This document shows positions 38,086 to 47,139 of a stretch of DNA of 64,000 bases, piece after piece. The DNA is from Candidatus Poribacteria bacterium (GTDB lineage: Bacteria > Poribacteria > WGA-4E > WGA-3G). Under the pieces are notes generated by a model, which saw only the letters and a list, made by a program, of their open reading frames with translations, was not told the origin of the DNA and did not search any database. How positions within the stretch are numbered: position 1 is the first letter of the stretch; each line of letters begins with the position of its first letter. The DNA is taken from assembly GCA_009839745.1 (NCBI GenBank), contig VXPE01000117.1:6059-70058 (forward strand), written 5' to 3'. The translations under genes were made by a program, and so were the position numbers.

Positions 38086-39144
38086 CTATTCCTGTGAGGA
38101 TACGCGTCTACGGAAAAGTTGAACAGAACTATAGCCGATGACGAACAATAGGATCGTCGCTTGCATGACCAGCGTCACCTTATCGGAGATACCGACCTCT
38201 CGCTGCATGCTATACGAACCCGTCGTCAGCGCGCCAAACAACAATGCAGCAGCAACCGTCACCAATGGATTCAATTTTGCTAATAAAGCGACAGCAATCG
38301 CAGTATAGCCGTATCCCGGCGAGAAGTTGAGGAACAGTCGACGCGTCAGTGCTGTGAGTTCGAGTGCCCCGCCGAGTCCCGCGAGGGCCCCACTGATGAA
38401 AAAGACGCGGAGCGTATTCTGCACAATCGAGATCCCCGCGGCTTCTGCAGCAGCCGCCCCTTCTCCCACGGCGCGGAGTTGAAACCCGAACGCCGTTCGG
38501 AAGAGAACAAATGTAAGAACAATCGCTAATACAACGGCGATAACAATGCCGAGGTGGACCCGATGCGGTGGGAAAAGTCGAGGCAGAAATACCCATTGGA
38601 CGATCCGATCGCTCTGCGGACCGCGTTGCGCTGCCTCCTGCAGTGGTCCCCCATCTATCATCATACTCACCAGATGGAGCGCGACGTAGTTCAACATAAT
38701 CGTGCTGATAACTTCGTTGACCCCGCGCGCCACTTTGAGGATCGCAGGGATGAGTCCCCAGACGCCACCCGCGGCTGTGGCGAGTCCGAGGCACAACGGC
38801 ACTGCAATCCACGGGGTTTGCGGAAAAATTGGAGCGAGTTTCGTACCAAACCATGTCGCCGTTAGCGCGCCTATTAGAAATTGCCCTTCAGCACCGATGT
38901 TCCAAATCCCGCACCGAAACGCCATAGCAACGGAAAGCCCTGCCATCAGAAACGGCGTGCTTTTCACGAGCGTCTCTCCGAACTTCCTCCCTGTCCCGAA
39001 CGCGCCACTCACCGCGGCTTGGTAAGCCTCTAATGGGTTATAGTGACAGAGCACCATGATGATGGCGTTTACGACAAACGCGCTTACGAGAATCAAAACG
39101 GGCGTTGCGATCCATTGAATTTTTAAGGTATTAAATCTGGACAT
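38086..39144 (-). CDS. ABC transporter permease (BMP/nucleoside-type, YufP/NupP-like)
   Basis: 352-aa polytopic membrane protein with NIGAEGQFLIGAL, adjacent to the ATPase and second permease. Confidence 0.85.
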   Translation of the reverse strand: MSRFNTLKIQWIATPVLILVSAFVVNAIIMVLCHYNPLEAYQAAVSGAFGTGRKFGETLVKSTPFLMAGLSVAMAFRCGIWNIGAEGQFLIGALTATWFGTKLAPIFPQTPWIAVPLCLGLATAAGGVWGLIPAILKVARGVNEVISTIMLNYVALHLVSMMIDGGPLQEAAQRGPQSDRIVQWVFLPRLFPPHRVHLGIVIAVVLAIVLTFVLFRTAFGFQLRAVGEGAAAAEAAGISIVQNTLRVFFISGALAGLGGALELTALTRRLFLNFSPGYGYTAIAVALLAKLNPLVTVAAALLFGALTTGSYSMQREVGISDKVTLVMQATILLFVIGYSSVQLFRRRVSSQE

Positions 39145-39148
39145 TGTT

Positions 39149-39180
39149 CTATACGGGCTGGGAAACCCAGCCCCTACGAC
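39149..39180. repeat. REP-like hairpin (copy b, opposite orientation)
   Basis: ctatacgggctgggaaacccagcccctacgac. Its reverse complement gtcgtaggggctgggtttcccagcccgtatag aligns with copy a, with compensatory stem changes. Confidence 0.65.
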
Positions 39181-39260
39181 TCCACAATGGTTTTGGGTAA
39201 ATTCCCACGCGACTAAGGATCTATTTGATTCTCAAGAGTCTCTCTGCTCTGTATGCTCCG

Positions 39261-40871
39261 TTATTTCTCCGTGTGGGTTTCTCCAGTCATTAACAATCCG
39301 AGTGCCTCGATGTCGTTGCGTTGCGCTGTTGCTTCGATCAGTTTGCCTCTCGACATGACATAGAGTCGATCACTCAACAATAAAACCTCATCTAACTCTG
39401 TTGAAATTAACAGGATAGATTTTTTTGCGTCGCGTTGTGCCAACAAATTCTCATGGACATAGCGAGCGGCGTTGACATCTAAACCGCGTGTCGGATTCAC
39501 AGCAATAAGGAGATCGGGGTGCAGCGAGATTTCTCGGGCGAGGACGAGCTTCTGTTGATTGCCGCCGGAGAGTGAAGAAGCGGGTGTATCGGCAATGGGT
39601 GGACGGATGTCGTAATCCGCGATGAGTTGGTCTGCTGTCTCCTGCTTCCGCTTCTGGTTGAGGATATTCCACTGCGCTATGTTTTGCAGGTGGGTCACGT
39701 TCAATAAGAGGTTTTCCGTAACTGAAAACGCGGCAATAACACCTGTTGTCTGTCTATCTTCAGGGATATAGCCGACCCCGCGCTGTCGCACTGCCTTGAT
39801 CCCTTTCGGAGTGGCACCCAAAATACCTATTGTCCCAGCGGTACTGGGGCGTAAGCCCATGATCGCCTCGGCGAGTTCACGCTGCCCATTGCCATCTACG
39901 CCTGCGATACCCACAATTTCACCGCGATGTGTCGTCATTGAGACATCCGATACCGCAACCTCATCACGATTGCCGAGCACCGTCAAGTTTGAAAGCTGCA
40001 GCACACGCTCTGGGGAATCGCTTTCGAGATGCGGACTGGAAACCGAGCGTTCAACGTCAGTGAGGTCTTCTCCGATCATCTCCCGCGCCAACTCACGAGC
40101 CGTCAGTTCTCCCGTTGGACCGAGGTAAACTTTCTTGCCACGTCTTAAGACGGTAATTCGATCGCTGATGCTCAAGACCTCTTTCATTTTGTGGCTGATG
40201 AAGATAATCGCGCGACTATCGGCTTGGAGTTTGCGCAGAATTGTGAAGAAACCTTCTACCTCCTGTGGGCTCAGAACCGCGGTGGGTTCATCGAGTATCA
40301 GGATCCGGGCATCAACGGCGAGTGCCTTGAGGATTTCAACTCGCTGTTTTAAGCCGACTGAGAGTGTCCCGACCAGTGCGGTTGGATCCACGGTGAGACC
40401 GAACCGCTCCGAGAGTTCTTCAGTAATACGAATAGCGTCCTCTTTCTTAAAGCGAAATTTCCGAAACCATTCCTTGTAATTGTTGTCTACTGACGCGCCT
40501 CCTGCACGATTGGAACGTAATTGTCCAAGAGCCAAAGCGATATTCTCAGCGACCGTCAGGTTCTCAATCAGCATAAAGTGCTGATGCACCATGCCGATAC
40601 CGTTCGCAATCGCATCCCGTGGAGACTTTGCCCGAAACCGGTGCCTCCAGTTTTCGCGATCGGTAACGTAGATGCGTCCCGAAGACGGTTGGTAAAGCCC
40701 ATAAATGAGATTCATCAGTGTGGACTTCCCTGCGCCATTCTCTCCCAGAATCGCGTGGATTTCACCGGCTTGGAGTTCAAAATCTACAGTGTCAACCGCG
40801 ACGAGATCGCCGAAGGTTTTCGTAACGTTCCGAAGTTCAAGTATGCTTTTTAAATTATTTAATCTGGTCAT
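39261..40871 (-). CDS. ABC transporter ATP-binding protein with two fused ATPase domains (sugar/nucleoside type)
   Basis: Walker A GENGAGKST, signature LSVGLKQRVEI, Walker B ILILDEPT, and a second domain with LSGGNQQKLVLARE. Confidence 0.9.
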   Translation of the reverse strand: MTRLNNLKSILELRNVTKTFGDLVAVDTVDFELQAGEIHAILGENGAGKSTLMNLIYGLYQPSSGRIYVTDRENWRHRFRAKSPRDAIANGIGMVHQHFMLIENLTVAENIALALGQLRSNRAGGASVDNNYKEWFRKFRFKKEDAIRITEELSERFGLTVDPTALVGTLSVGLKQRVEILKALAVDARILILDEPTAVLSPQEVEGFFTILRKLQADSRAIIFISHKMKEVLSISDRITVLRRGKKVYLGPTGELTARELAREMIGEDLTDVERSVSSPHLESDSPERVLQLSNLTVLGNRDEVAVSDVSMTTHRGEIVGIAGVDGNGQRELAEAIMGLRPSTAGTIGILGATPKGIKAVRQRGVGYIPEDRQTTGVIAAFSVTENLLLNVTHLQNIAQWNILNQKRKQETADQLIADYDIRPPIADTPASSLSGGNQQKLVLAREISLHPDLLIAVNPTRGLDVNAARYVHENLLAQRDAKKSILLISTELDEVLLLSDRLYVMSRGKLIEATAQRNDIEALGLLMTGETHTEK

Positions 40872-41048
40872 CGTTCCAAATGTAAAGCAAAGACAAATTA
40901 TGCCATTTAAGGAAACCTAATTTCATTTCACGATGGTTTTCGGTTAAGTTTAACTGTCTCTGAACGATGAAAGGCTTCTTAACAATTGGAATATTGGCAG
41001 CAACTTCGAATCCATCGTAAAAAAAGACTAACCGCTGACAGTTTCTAT

Positions 41049-41903
41049 TCATGAAGACACCCACTCCTCTGCTCTTGCCGGTGTTAATTCTCCATCGTAA
41101 GCGATAACCCGAAGTGCGACTTTCCAGCGCTCACCCGCTGGTGTTGATACGGCACCCGTCCACGTCGGGTTATAGAGTGCCATCCCGTAATCCCGAATGA
41201 ACCATGGACCCCGAACATCTTCATTAAGGATGCTCATAAAGACCCCAAACGCTCCATGTCCTGCCAATACGTTCTGATAGGCAACAAAGTCGGAGTCGCC
41301 TTCGTGAACGACCTCGACACCCCCTTTGCGTCTGTTGTCACCCAGCACAATGCCGCCCATAACAGGCAGGAGTCTCGGTTCAACACGGATACCGATGCTT
41401 CCGAACTTCGTCTGCGGGTATGTCACAGCACCGTAAGCCGCTATTTTTTCGCTCGTCATATCGCAGACGGTAGCATCCTCAAGGGTGAAAAGATTGACAG
41501 TGCGGATTTCGTCAATCATCGGTTCTTCGTTCTCATCTCGCCAGATAACATTTTGAACGAACTGCACGCCATCGGTATGGGGTGTGATGTCAATTGCTTT
41601 CTGTGTATCCATCCGTCCCAATTTCTCAAAGACTTTATCTGTAAAGGAGCGGCGCGGCGGTGATGCCCAGAAACCCGCCTCTCTGTCGCCGACCTGCACG
41701 GGTCCCTGCCCGACGAAAATTCCGTTGTGGAACGGATGGTCGAAGGCGAATTCCTGAACAACGGTATGTCCCGCTGGCGTATAGAACGGGAAGACGAACG
41801 GACGATAAAAATTCGCACCGACACCCCCCAAACAGCGACCTGTCTCGCTTTGGACGACTAAATGTGTTCTCGCATTTACCTTGACTTCAAAATTGTTTTT
41901 CAT
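41049..41903 (-). CDS. PmoA-like / DUF6807-family protein (tentative)
   Basis: 284 aa, FAFDHPFHNGIFVGQG resembles the HPxHxG motif of the so-called PmoA family found in sugar-utilisation loci. The assignment is from memory only. Confidence 0.4.
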   Translation of the reverse strand: MKNNFEVKVNARTHLVVQSETGRCLGGVGANFYRPFVFPFYTPAGHTVVQEFAFDHPFHNGIFVGQGPVQVGDREAGFWASPPRRSFTDKVFEKLGRMDTQKAIDITPHTDGVQFVQNVIWRDENEEPMIDEIRTVNLFTLEDATVCDMTSEKIAAYGAVTYPQTKFGSIGIRVEPRLLPVMGGIVLGDNRRKGGVEVVHEGDSDFVAYQNVLAGHGAFGVFMSILNEDVRGPWFIRDYGMALYNPTWTGAVSTPAGERWKVALRVIAYDGELTPARAEEWVSS

Positions 41904-42070
41904 ATCGCCTCATCAGAATTATCGCGTTGTGTTTCGCGTTGCGTATTCCTAAAAAGTATACGTTATTCGTGCAGACGCGTCAACAGAATTGTTGTAGATT
42001 TTTCAATTTTCGGAAGGAGTCGCGGGGTAAAACCGGAATCGGAGAGCCTTCTACAGTGACCAATCATTGC

Positions 42071-42099
42071 TTGACAAAATATTTTTTTCACGTTATTTA
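42071..42099 (+). promoter_or_regulatory. Probable sigma-70 promoter of the BMP substrate-binding protein gene
   Basis: TTGACA (42071-42076), 17-nt spacer, TATTTA (42094-42099). Followed by the shared motif TTATCAAACTCACGTTAA. Confidence 0.45.
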
Positions 42100-42199
42100 T
42101 CAAACTCACGTTAAAAATATTTCCACACCCCTTTACTTTTTTCGTCTAAACATGCTATACTTTATGAAACATTTCTGTGAAGTAAGGAGAAATTTTGAC

Positions 42200-43243
42200 G
42201 TGATAAAAATATCCTATAAGTTACGAAATAACATTACAATCCAGGCATTATACCTATGCCTTTGCATCAGTGGACTCATGCTGATCGGGAACCCGAACCT
42301 TGCGGCAAAAGGACATGAAAAATTTAAAGTCGCTATGCTACTTCCGGGTTCAATCAGCGATGCGGGGTGGAACGCTTTAGCGTATGAAGGCCTCAAAGCG
42401 ATTGAAGAACAGCTCGGTGCGGAAATCAGCCACGCCGAGACCCGAACCCCAACAGACCAAGAAGAACAATTCCGCGCGTATGCACTCGACGGTTACAACA
42501 TCGTGTTCGGACACGGATACGAGTTCCAAGATCCCGCAAAAGCGGTTGCCCCTGATTTTCCTGAGACGATTTTCATTACCTCGTCGGGTGGCACAATCAC
42601 CGATAACATCTCACCTGCCAATTTCCGTGTTGAACAGGCAGCTTATCTATTAGGGGTGATCGCAGGTATGATGACCAATACAAACAAACTCGGTGTCATG
42701 GGCGGACAGAACATCCCATCTGTCAATAGCACGTTTATGGCGTTTGAAGGTGGTGCGAAAAGTGTGAATCCCAAGGCAGAGGTATCTCGGGTATATGTTG
42801 GGAACTGGGAGGACATCGGCAAAGGGAAGGAACTCTCACTTGCCCAAATTAATGAAGGCGTTGACTTCCTTTTTCCGAATGCAGATGCAGCAGGACTCGG
42901 TGCTTATGAAGCCGCTGAAGCTGCCCAAAAACAGGGAAAAACTGTTTACGCCTTCGGCGCGAACCGAGACAAAAGCGATATTTCCCCAGAAGTCGTCATT
43001 GCAAATGCTGTGATTACGCCCAATGCGTTTGTGCAGATTGCCAAGATCATTAAGGAAGGCGAGTTTAAGCCCCAGATCTATACGTTCAACATGCTCACGG
43101 ACGAGGCGATCACGCTCACCTATAACCCCGTCTTGAAGGATAAGGTGCCGGAAGACGTGCAAAAAGCGGTTGAAGCAGCGAAAGCCAAAATCCTCGCTGG
43201 CGAGTTGAAGGTGCCGCAAATTGATTTCAGTGAAGAGGAGTAA
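42200..43243 (+). CDS. BMP-family ABC transporter substrate-binding lipoprotein-like protein
   Basis: KFKVAMLLPGSISDAGWN...GYNIVFGHGYEF...GVMGG is the Med/PnrA (BMP) pattern. GTG 42200 lies 9 nt after AAGGAG and gives a signal-peptide-like N-terminus. The track ORF start at 41927 runs through the promoter region. Confidence 0.85.
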   Translation: MIKISYKLRNNITIQALYLCLCISGLMLIGNPNLAAKGHEKFKVAMLLPGSISDAGWNALAYEGLKAIEEQLGAEISHAETRTPTDQEEQFRAYALDGYNIVFGHGYEFQDPAKAVAPDFPETIFITSSGGTITDNISPANFRVEQAAYLLGVIAGMMTNTNKLGVMGGQNIPSVNSTFMAFEGGAKSVNPKAEVSRVYVGNWEDIGKGKELSLAQINEGVDFLFPNADAAGLGAYEAAEAAQKQGKTVYAFGANRDKSDISPEVVIANAVITPNAFVQIAKIIKEGEFKPQIYTFNMLTDEAITLTYNPVLKDKVPEDVQKAVEAAKAKILAGELKVPQIDFSEEE

Positions 43244-43324
43244 TCTATTTTATCAGCCTGAATCTCGGATTTATAGGAGTTTGGCTGGAAGAATGGAAGA
43301 GGGAAGGATGGGAGGTTTAGTGCA

Positions 43325-46051
43325 ATGACGCACACAATGGAAATTGACGGTGTTGAAGTTGCTTTTTCCGAGGGTGAAACCATCCTTGAAATAGCGCAAC
43401 GCTATCAGACAGAGATTCCAACGCTCTGCTATGACCCAAGGCTTGAGCCTTTCGGTGGGTGTCGCCTGTGTATCGTCGAATTAGAAGGTGCGCGAAATCC
43501 GGTGGCATCTTGCACGACGGAAGCGACACCGGGGATGGTCGTCCGAACAGCAACGGATACAATAGAGGCGTATCGGAAGACGCTGCTTGAAATGGTGATT
43601 AGCGAGAATCGCGAAGTCGATGTGTCTCCACTGCGCGGTTATGCGTCTGGCGAACTCACAGACCTTCGGGATAGATATGGACTTAACGACACCCGTATAA
43701 CAGGAGCGACATCTGGCACGAGCAAAACCGATGAAAACCCTTTCATTCTCAGGGATTACGAACTCTGCATTTCCTGCTATCGGTGCGTCCGCGTTTGTGC
43801 TGAACAGGAAGGCGATCACGCGATCAACGTTATGAATCGCGGTTTCCATACGCAGATTACGACTGAATTTGATGGAGCTCTCAAGGATTCTGCTTGCACT
43901 TTCTGTGGACAGTGTATTCAGACCTGTCCGACTGGAGCACTCGGCGACAAGAAGGCGCTACGGCATGCGGAGTCGGAATTACAAATCCCGTCTACTGAAC
44001 CCGATATTGAGAAAACACGCACAATCTGCCCCTACTGTGGGGTCGGCTGTTCTGTCGATATACTGACGAAAAACGAAAAAATCGTCGGTATCCATCCGGC
44101 AATGGACGGACCCGCCAATCAAGGTGCGCTCTGTGTTAAAGGGCAGTTCGCTTACGACTTTGTGCAGCATTCCGATCGACTGAAAGCCCCACTCATCCGC
44201 GGTGACGATGGAGAACTCCACGAAGCCACATGGGAAGAGGCACTTGACAGAGCAGCTGAGGGGTACCGGAAAGTCCACGCTGAACACGGTAGGTATAGCA
44301 TTTACGGGATTGCCTCTGGACGCGCACCGAGTGAAGCTGCGTATCTCATGCAGAAGTTTATCCGTGCTGGGTTCGGGACGAATTACATCGACAACTGTAG
44401 CCGTGCCTGACACGCCCCGACCGTTGCCGGTCTGGCAGCGACAATCGGACGTGGGGCGATGTCGAACCCGCTCGTTGATATGCAAAAGCCGGATGTAATT
44501 TTCTGCATCGGTACGAATATGACGGAGTGTCATCCCGTCGCGGCAACGGGGTTGAAAAAGGCTGTCGCCCGCGGTGCGAAACTCATCGTCGCGGATCCGA
44601 GACGTATCGGGTTAGCGGAGATGTCGGATCTCTATCTGCCGCTCCGTGTCGGTTCGGACACCGCACTACTTCTCGGAATGGCGCACGTGATTGCCCGTGA
44701 AGGCTTAATTGACGAAACGTTCGTCAAAAACCGAACCACAGGGTTTGATGACTTCTTTGAGCATATCAGCCAGTGGACACCGGAATGGGCGGAAGCGATC
44801 ACAGAGGTGCCAGCGAAGGATATTGAGACCGCAGCGCTGTGGTATGGCACAGCGAACAGGGGTGCCATCTACTATACGTTAGGGATTACGGAGCATATCT
44901 GTGGTGTTGAGAACGTGCAAAGTCTCTGTAATCTCGCTCTGATGACGGGCAATATCGGGCGTGAAGGAACGGGTATCAACCCGATGCGGGGTCAAAATAA
45001 CATTCAAGGCGCGGGAGACAGCGGTGCGTTGCCAAACAACTACCCCGGTTTCCAAGCCGTCACCGACCCAGAATATCAGGCGAAATTCAAATCGGCATAC
45101 GGCAGAGAGGTTGACTTGGAGAAAGGTATCACCAAAGTCACCGCCTTAGAACTCTGTGGCGATAGCATCCACGCGATGCTGATTGATGGCGAGAATACGT
45201 TGCTATCCGATCCCGATCGGGAACACTGTGAACACGCGCTCCGCTCATTGGAGCATCTCGTTGTCATTGACATCTTCCTCACTGAAACGGCGGAACTCGC
45301 CGATGTCGTGCTGCCAGCAACGGCATGGGGGGAAACGGACGGAATCTGCACAAATACGGAACGTCGCGTCCAACGCCTCCGCGCTGCAGTCCCGGCGCCC
45401 GGCGACGCGAAACCCGATTGGTGGATTATATCTCAAATTGCGCAACGTCTCGGCTTTAAGGGCTTCGATTATAACACGCCAGAACCGATTTTCAATGAAC
45501 TCTGCGAACTTTCACCGATTTATGCGGGATTGGATTGGGAACGTATCGACAAAGGTGCCACGGACACCTTCAACAACCAGTGGCCCGTGCCGCACAAAGC
45601 GCATCCCGGCACACCGAGATTACACGAAGAAACGTTCGTGAACGGACGCGGTATCTTTTCCAATGTGCACTACCGAGATCCCGCGGAGACGATTAGCGAT
45701 GATTTCCCGGTATGGCTCACAACAGGGAGACGCTTGCAATCCTATCACACGCGCACGCAGACCGGCAGATCCGAGGGAATTGACTACCTATTGCCAGAGG
45801 AATCCTTGGAGGTGAACCCGACTGACATCGAGGAATGGAACCTCACAGACGGGGAATGGTGTAAAATGAGCAGTGCCCGTGGAAGTATCACTATCAAAGT
45901 GAAATCGACAAACCGTTCTCCGCGCGGCACAGTTTTTGCGAGTTTCAGCTTCGCGGATGTCCCCGTCAACCTATTGACGGGTTCTGGTTACGACCCAATT
46001 ACGCACACCGCTGAATTGAAGGTGTGCCCTGTCCGGTTGGAGCCTCTTTAG
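43325..46051 (+). CDS. fdhA: Formate dehydrogenase alpha subunit, selenocysteine-containing (UGA 44408-44410), with N-terminal 2Fe-2S/4Fe-4S domains
   Basis: Track ORFs 43325..44410 and 44459..46051 are in the same frame, separated by a single TGA. The junction reads NYIDNCSRA-U-HAPTVAGLAATIGRGAMSNP, the conserved Mo-ligand Cys/Sec position of FdhF/FdhA. Cys clusters CYDPRLEPFGGCRLC, CISCYRCVRVC, CTFCGQCIQTCP and CPYCGVGC are present. Confidence 0.9.
44417..44448 (+). promoter_or_regulatory. Bacterial SECIS hairpin of fdhA
   Basis: cgttgcc-GGTCT-ggcagcg (7-bp stem including one G-U, 44422-44440) extended by ccga/tcgg. Starts 7 nt after the UGA. The sequence parallels E. coli fdhF (UGACACGGCCCAUCGGUUGCAGGUCUGCACCAAUCGG) as I recall it. 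Confidence 0.8.
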
Positions 46052-46094
46052 TTGGTTGCCAGTTATCAGTTGTCGGTTAAGGGCGGTTTGTGCC

Positions 46095-46196
46095 ATGAAA
46101 GACGTTGTATGGGTTGGGGATTCGCGTGAACGGCTGAGGCGATTTCCCAAAGAGATCAGACGATCAAATGGAGGGGACATATGTGTGATGATGTGA
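46095..46196 (+). pseudogene. Truncated HigB/Gp49-type toxin remnant (33 codons)
   Basis: MKDVVWVGDSRERLRRFPKEIRRSNGGDICVMM* keeps the N-terminal V.W.G.S...L..FP..vR..hG pattern of phage Gp49/HigB toxins but ends after 33 aa, overlapping the start of the antitoxin-like gene. Confidence 0.5.
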
Positions 46197-46522
46197 AGTT
46201 TGAGAAAAGCAGCGGTAACGTGTTTAAGAATATAGGTTTTTCTGATGAAGAGGCCGAAGCCTTGTCGTTTCGGACGAAGCTAACTTTTGAAGTATTTACA
46301 CTTCTCAAGAAGTCTCAGTTGAAACACGCGAAGGCTGCGAAACTATTGGCGGTTGACCTGGCAGACATCTTGAAACTCAAGAACGGGGACGATGATCATT
46401 TCAGCTTGGCACACCTTGCTGATTTTCGGGACCGGTTAAAAGGTTATATGGAAAGTCGGGTTCAGCTATCAGAGAACGACGATATGCAAAATGCAACAGA
46501 CGGACTTGGAGTTGGAAGATGA
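46181..46522 (+). CDS. XRE-family HTH protein, HigA-type antitoxin-like
   Basis: KSSGNVFKNIGFSDEEAEAL..KL...I......L.HAKAAKLLAV...ILKLKNG....FSLAHL matches the N-terminal SSGNVFADLG pattern plus HTH of antitoxins partnered with Gp49-type toxins. Confidence 0.6.
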   Translation: MCDDVKFEKSSGNVFKNIGFSDEEAEALSFRTKLTFEVFTLLKKSQLKHAKAAKLLAVDLADILKLKNGDDDHFSLAHLADFRDRLKGYMESRVQLSENDDMQNATDGLGVGR

Positions 46523-46824
46523 GTTGGAAATCACGCTGGTCAGAAGAGCACCCGGATGCTGAGGCTTTAAAACAACAGTTAACATCTGAAGGCTTTGATG
46601 CCTATCAATGGACAGGCCGTCCCGGTGGTGCCTATCTCGATTATATTCACACGCAAGATGAAGTCGTTTGTGTGTTGTCCGGCACGGCTGATGTGAAAGT
46701 TGCCGATGAACAGGGAACCGTTGAACCCGGGGACAGGATGGATGTTCCCGCAAACACCTATCATTCAATCACTGTCACAGGCGGAGAACCTCTCGTTGTT
46801 CTAACAGGAATGCGAAGCAATTAA
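46519..46824 (+). CDS. Cupin domain protein
   Basis: 101 aa. H.QDEVVCVLSGTADVKV...VEPGDRMDVPANTYHS is a two-motif cupin pattern. ATGA overlap with the HTH gene. Confidence 0.65.
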   Translation: MSWKSRWSEEHPDAEALKQQLTSEGFDAYQWTGRPGGAYLDYIHTQDEVVCVLSGTADVKVADEQGTVEPGDRMDVPANTYHSITVTGGEPLVVLTGMRSN

Positions 46825-46825
46825 G

Positions 46826-47139
46826 ACTTTTAATTTATGGTTCTCTGCCCCGCTCTCCATTTCATTACGAGCGGATTTCTGGTGAAGTCGCAACTGATAT
46901 AATACCACTTCTAAAAGTTTATATTGCATTAGCAGCCCCTGAGTGCACAGACTAACAGTCTATGCTACAAGCATGCACGAACTGAAGTTTATGCTACAAT
47001 TTCAATCAGAAATGGTATAAGAATATGTCCGGAAACCTATCATCAAAAACCAAGCCTGTAACGTAGTGGAAGGCGACTCGAACACGAAAACTGTTCAGAC
47101 CTGAGACACCGTTACTTATCCGCAAGGAAAATTAAAAAT
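46826..47139. mobile_element. MITE-family copy (degenerate) filling the cupin-pepA spacer
   Basis: Left end cttttaatttatggttc...ccgctctccatttcattacgagcgg matches the reverse complement of 5638-5660. Right end ccgcaaggaaaattaaaaat (47120-47139) is the reverse complement of the family terminus and abuts the pepA ATG. Confidence 0.6.

Noticed and set aside
38210-38854. 214-aa ORF on the minus strand inside the permease gene, in an alternative frame
   Set aside because: It is fully embedded in the clearly recognisable ABC permease ORF 38086..39144 on the same strand. Its Arg/Gly/Cys-rich composition is typical of an off-frame reading of a GC-rich membrane-protein gene.
41927-42199. N-terminal 91-codon extension of the BMP substrate-binding protein in the track
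   Set aside because: It runs through a TTGACA-N17-TATTTA promoter and a leader. GTG 42200, with an AAGGAG RBS, yields a normal signal peptide.
43979-44533. 184-aa minus-strand ORF spanning the gap between the two FDH ORFs
   Set aside because: It is antisense to fdhA. The apparent gap it bridges is explained by the Sec UGA at 44408-44410.
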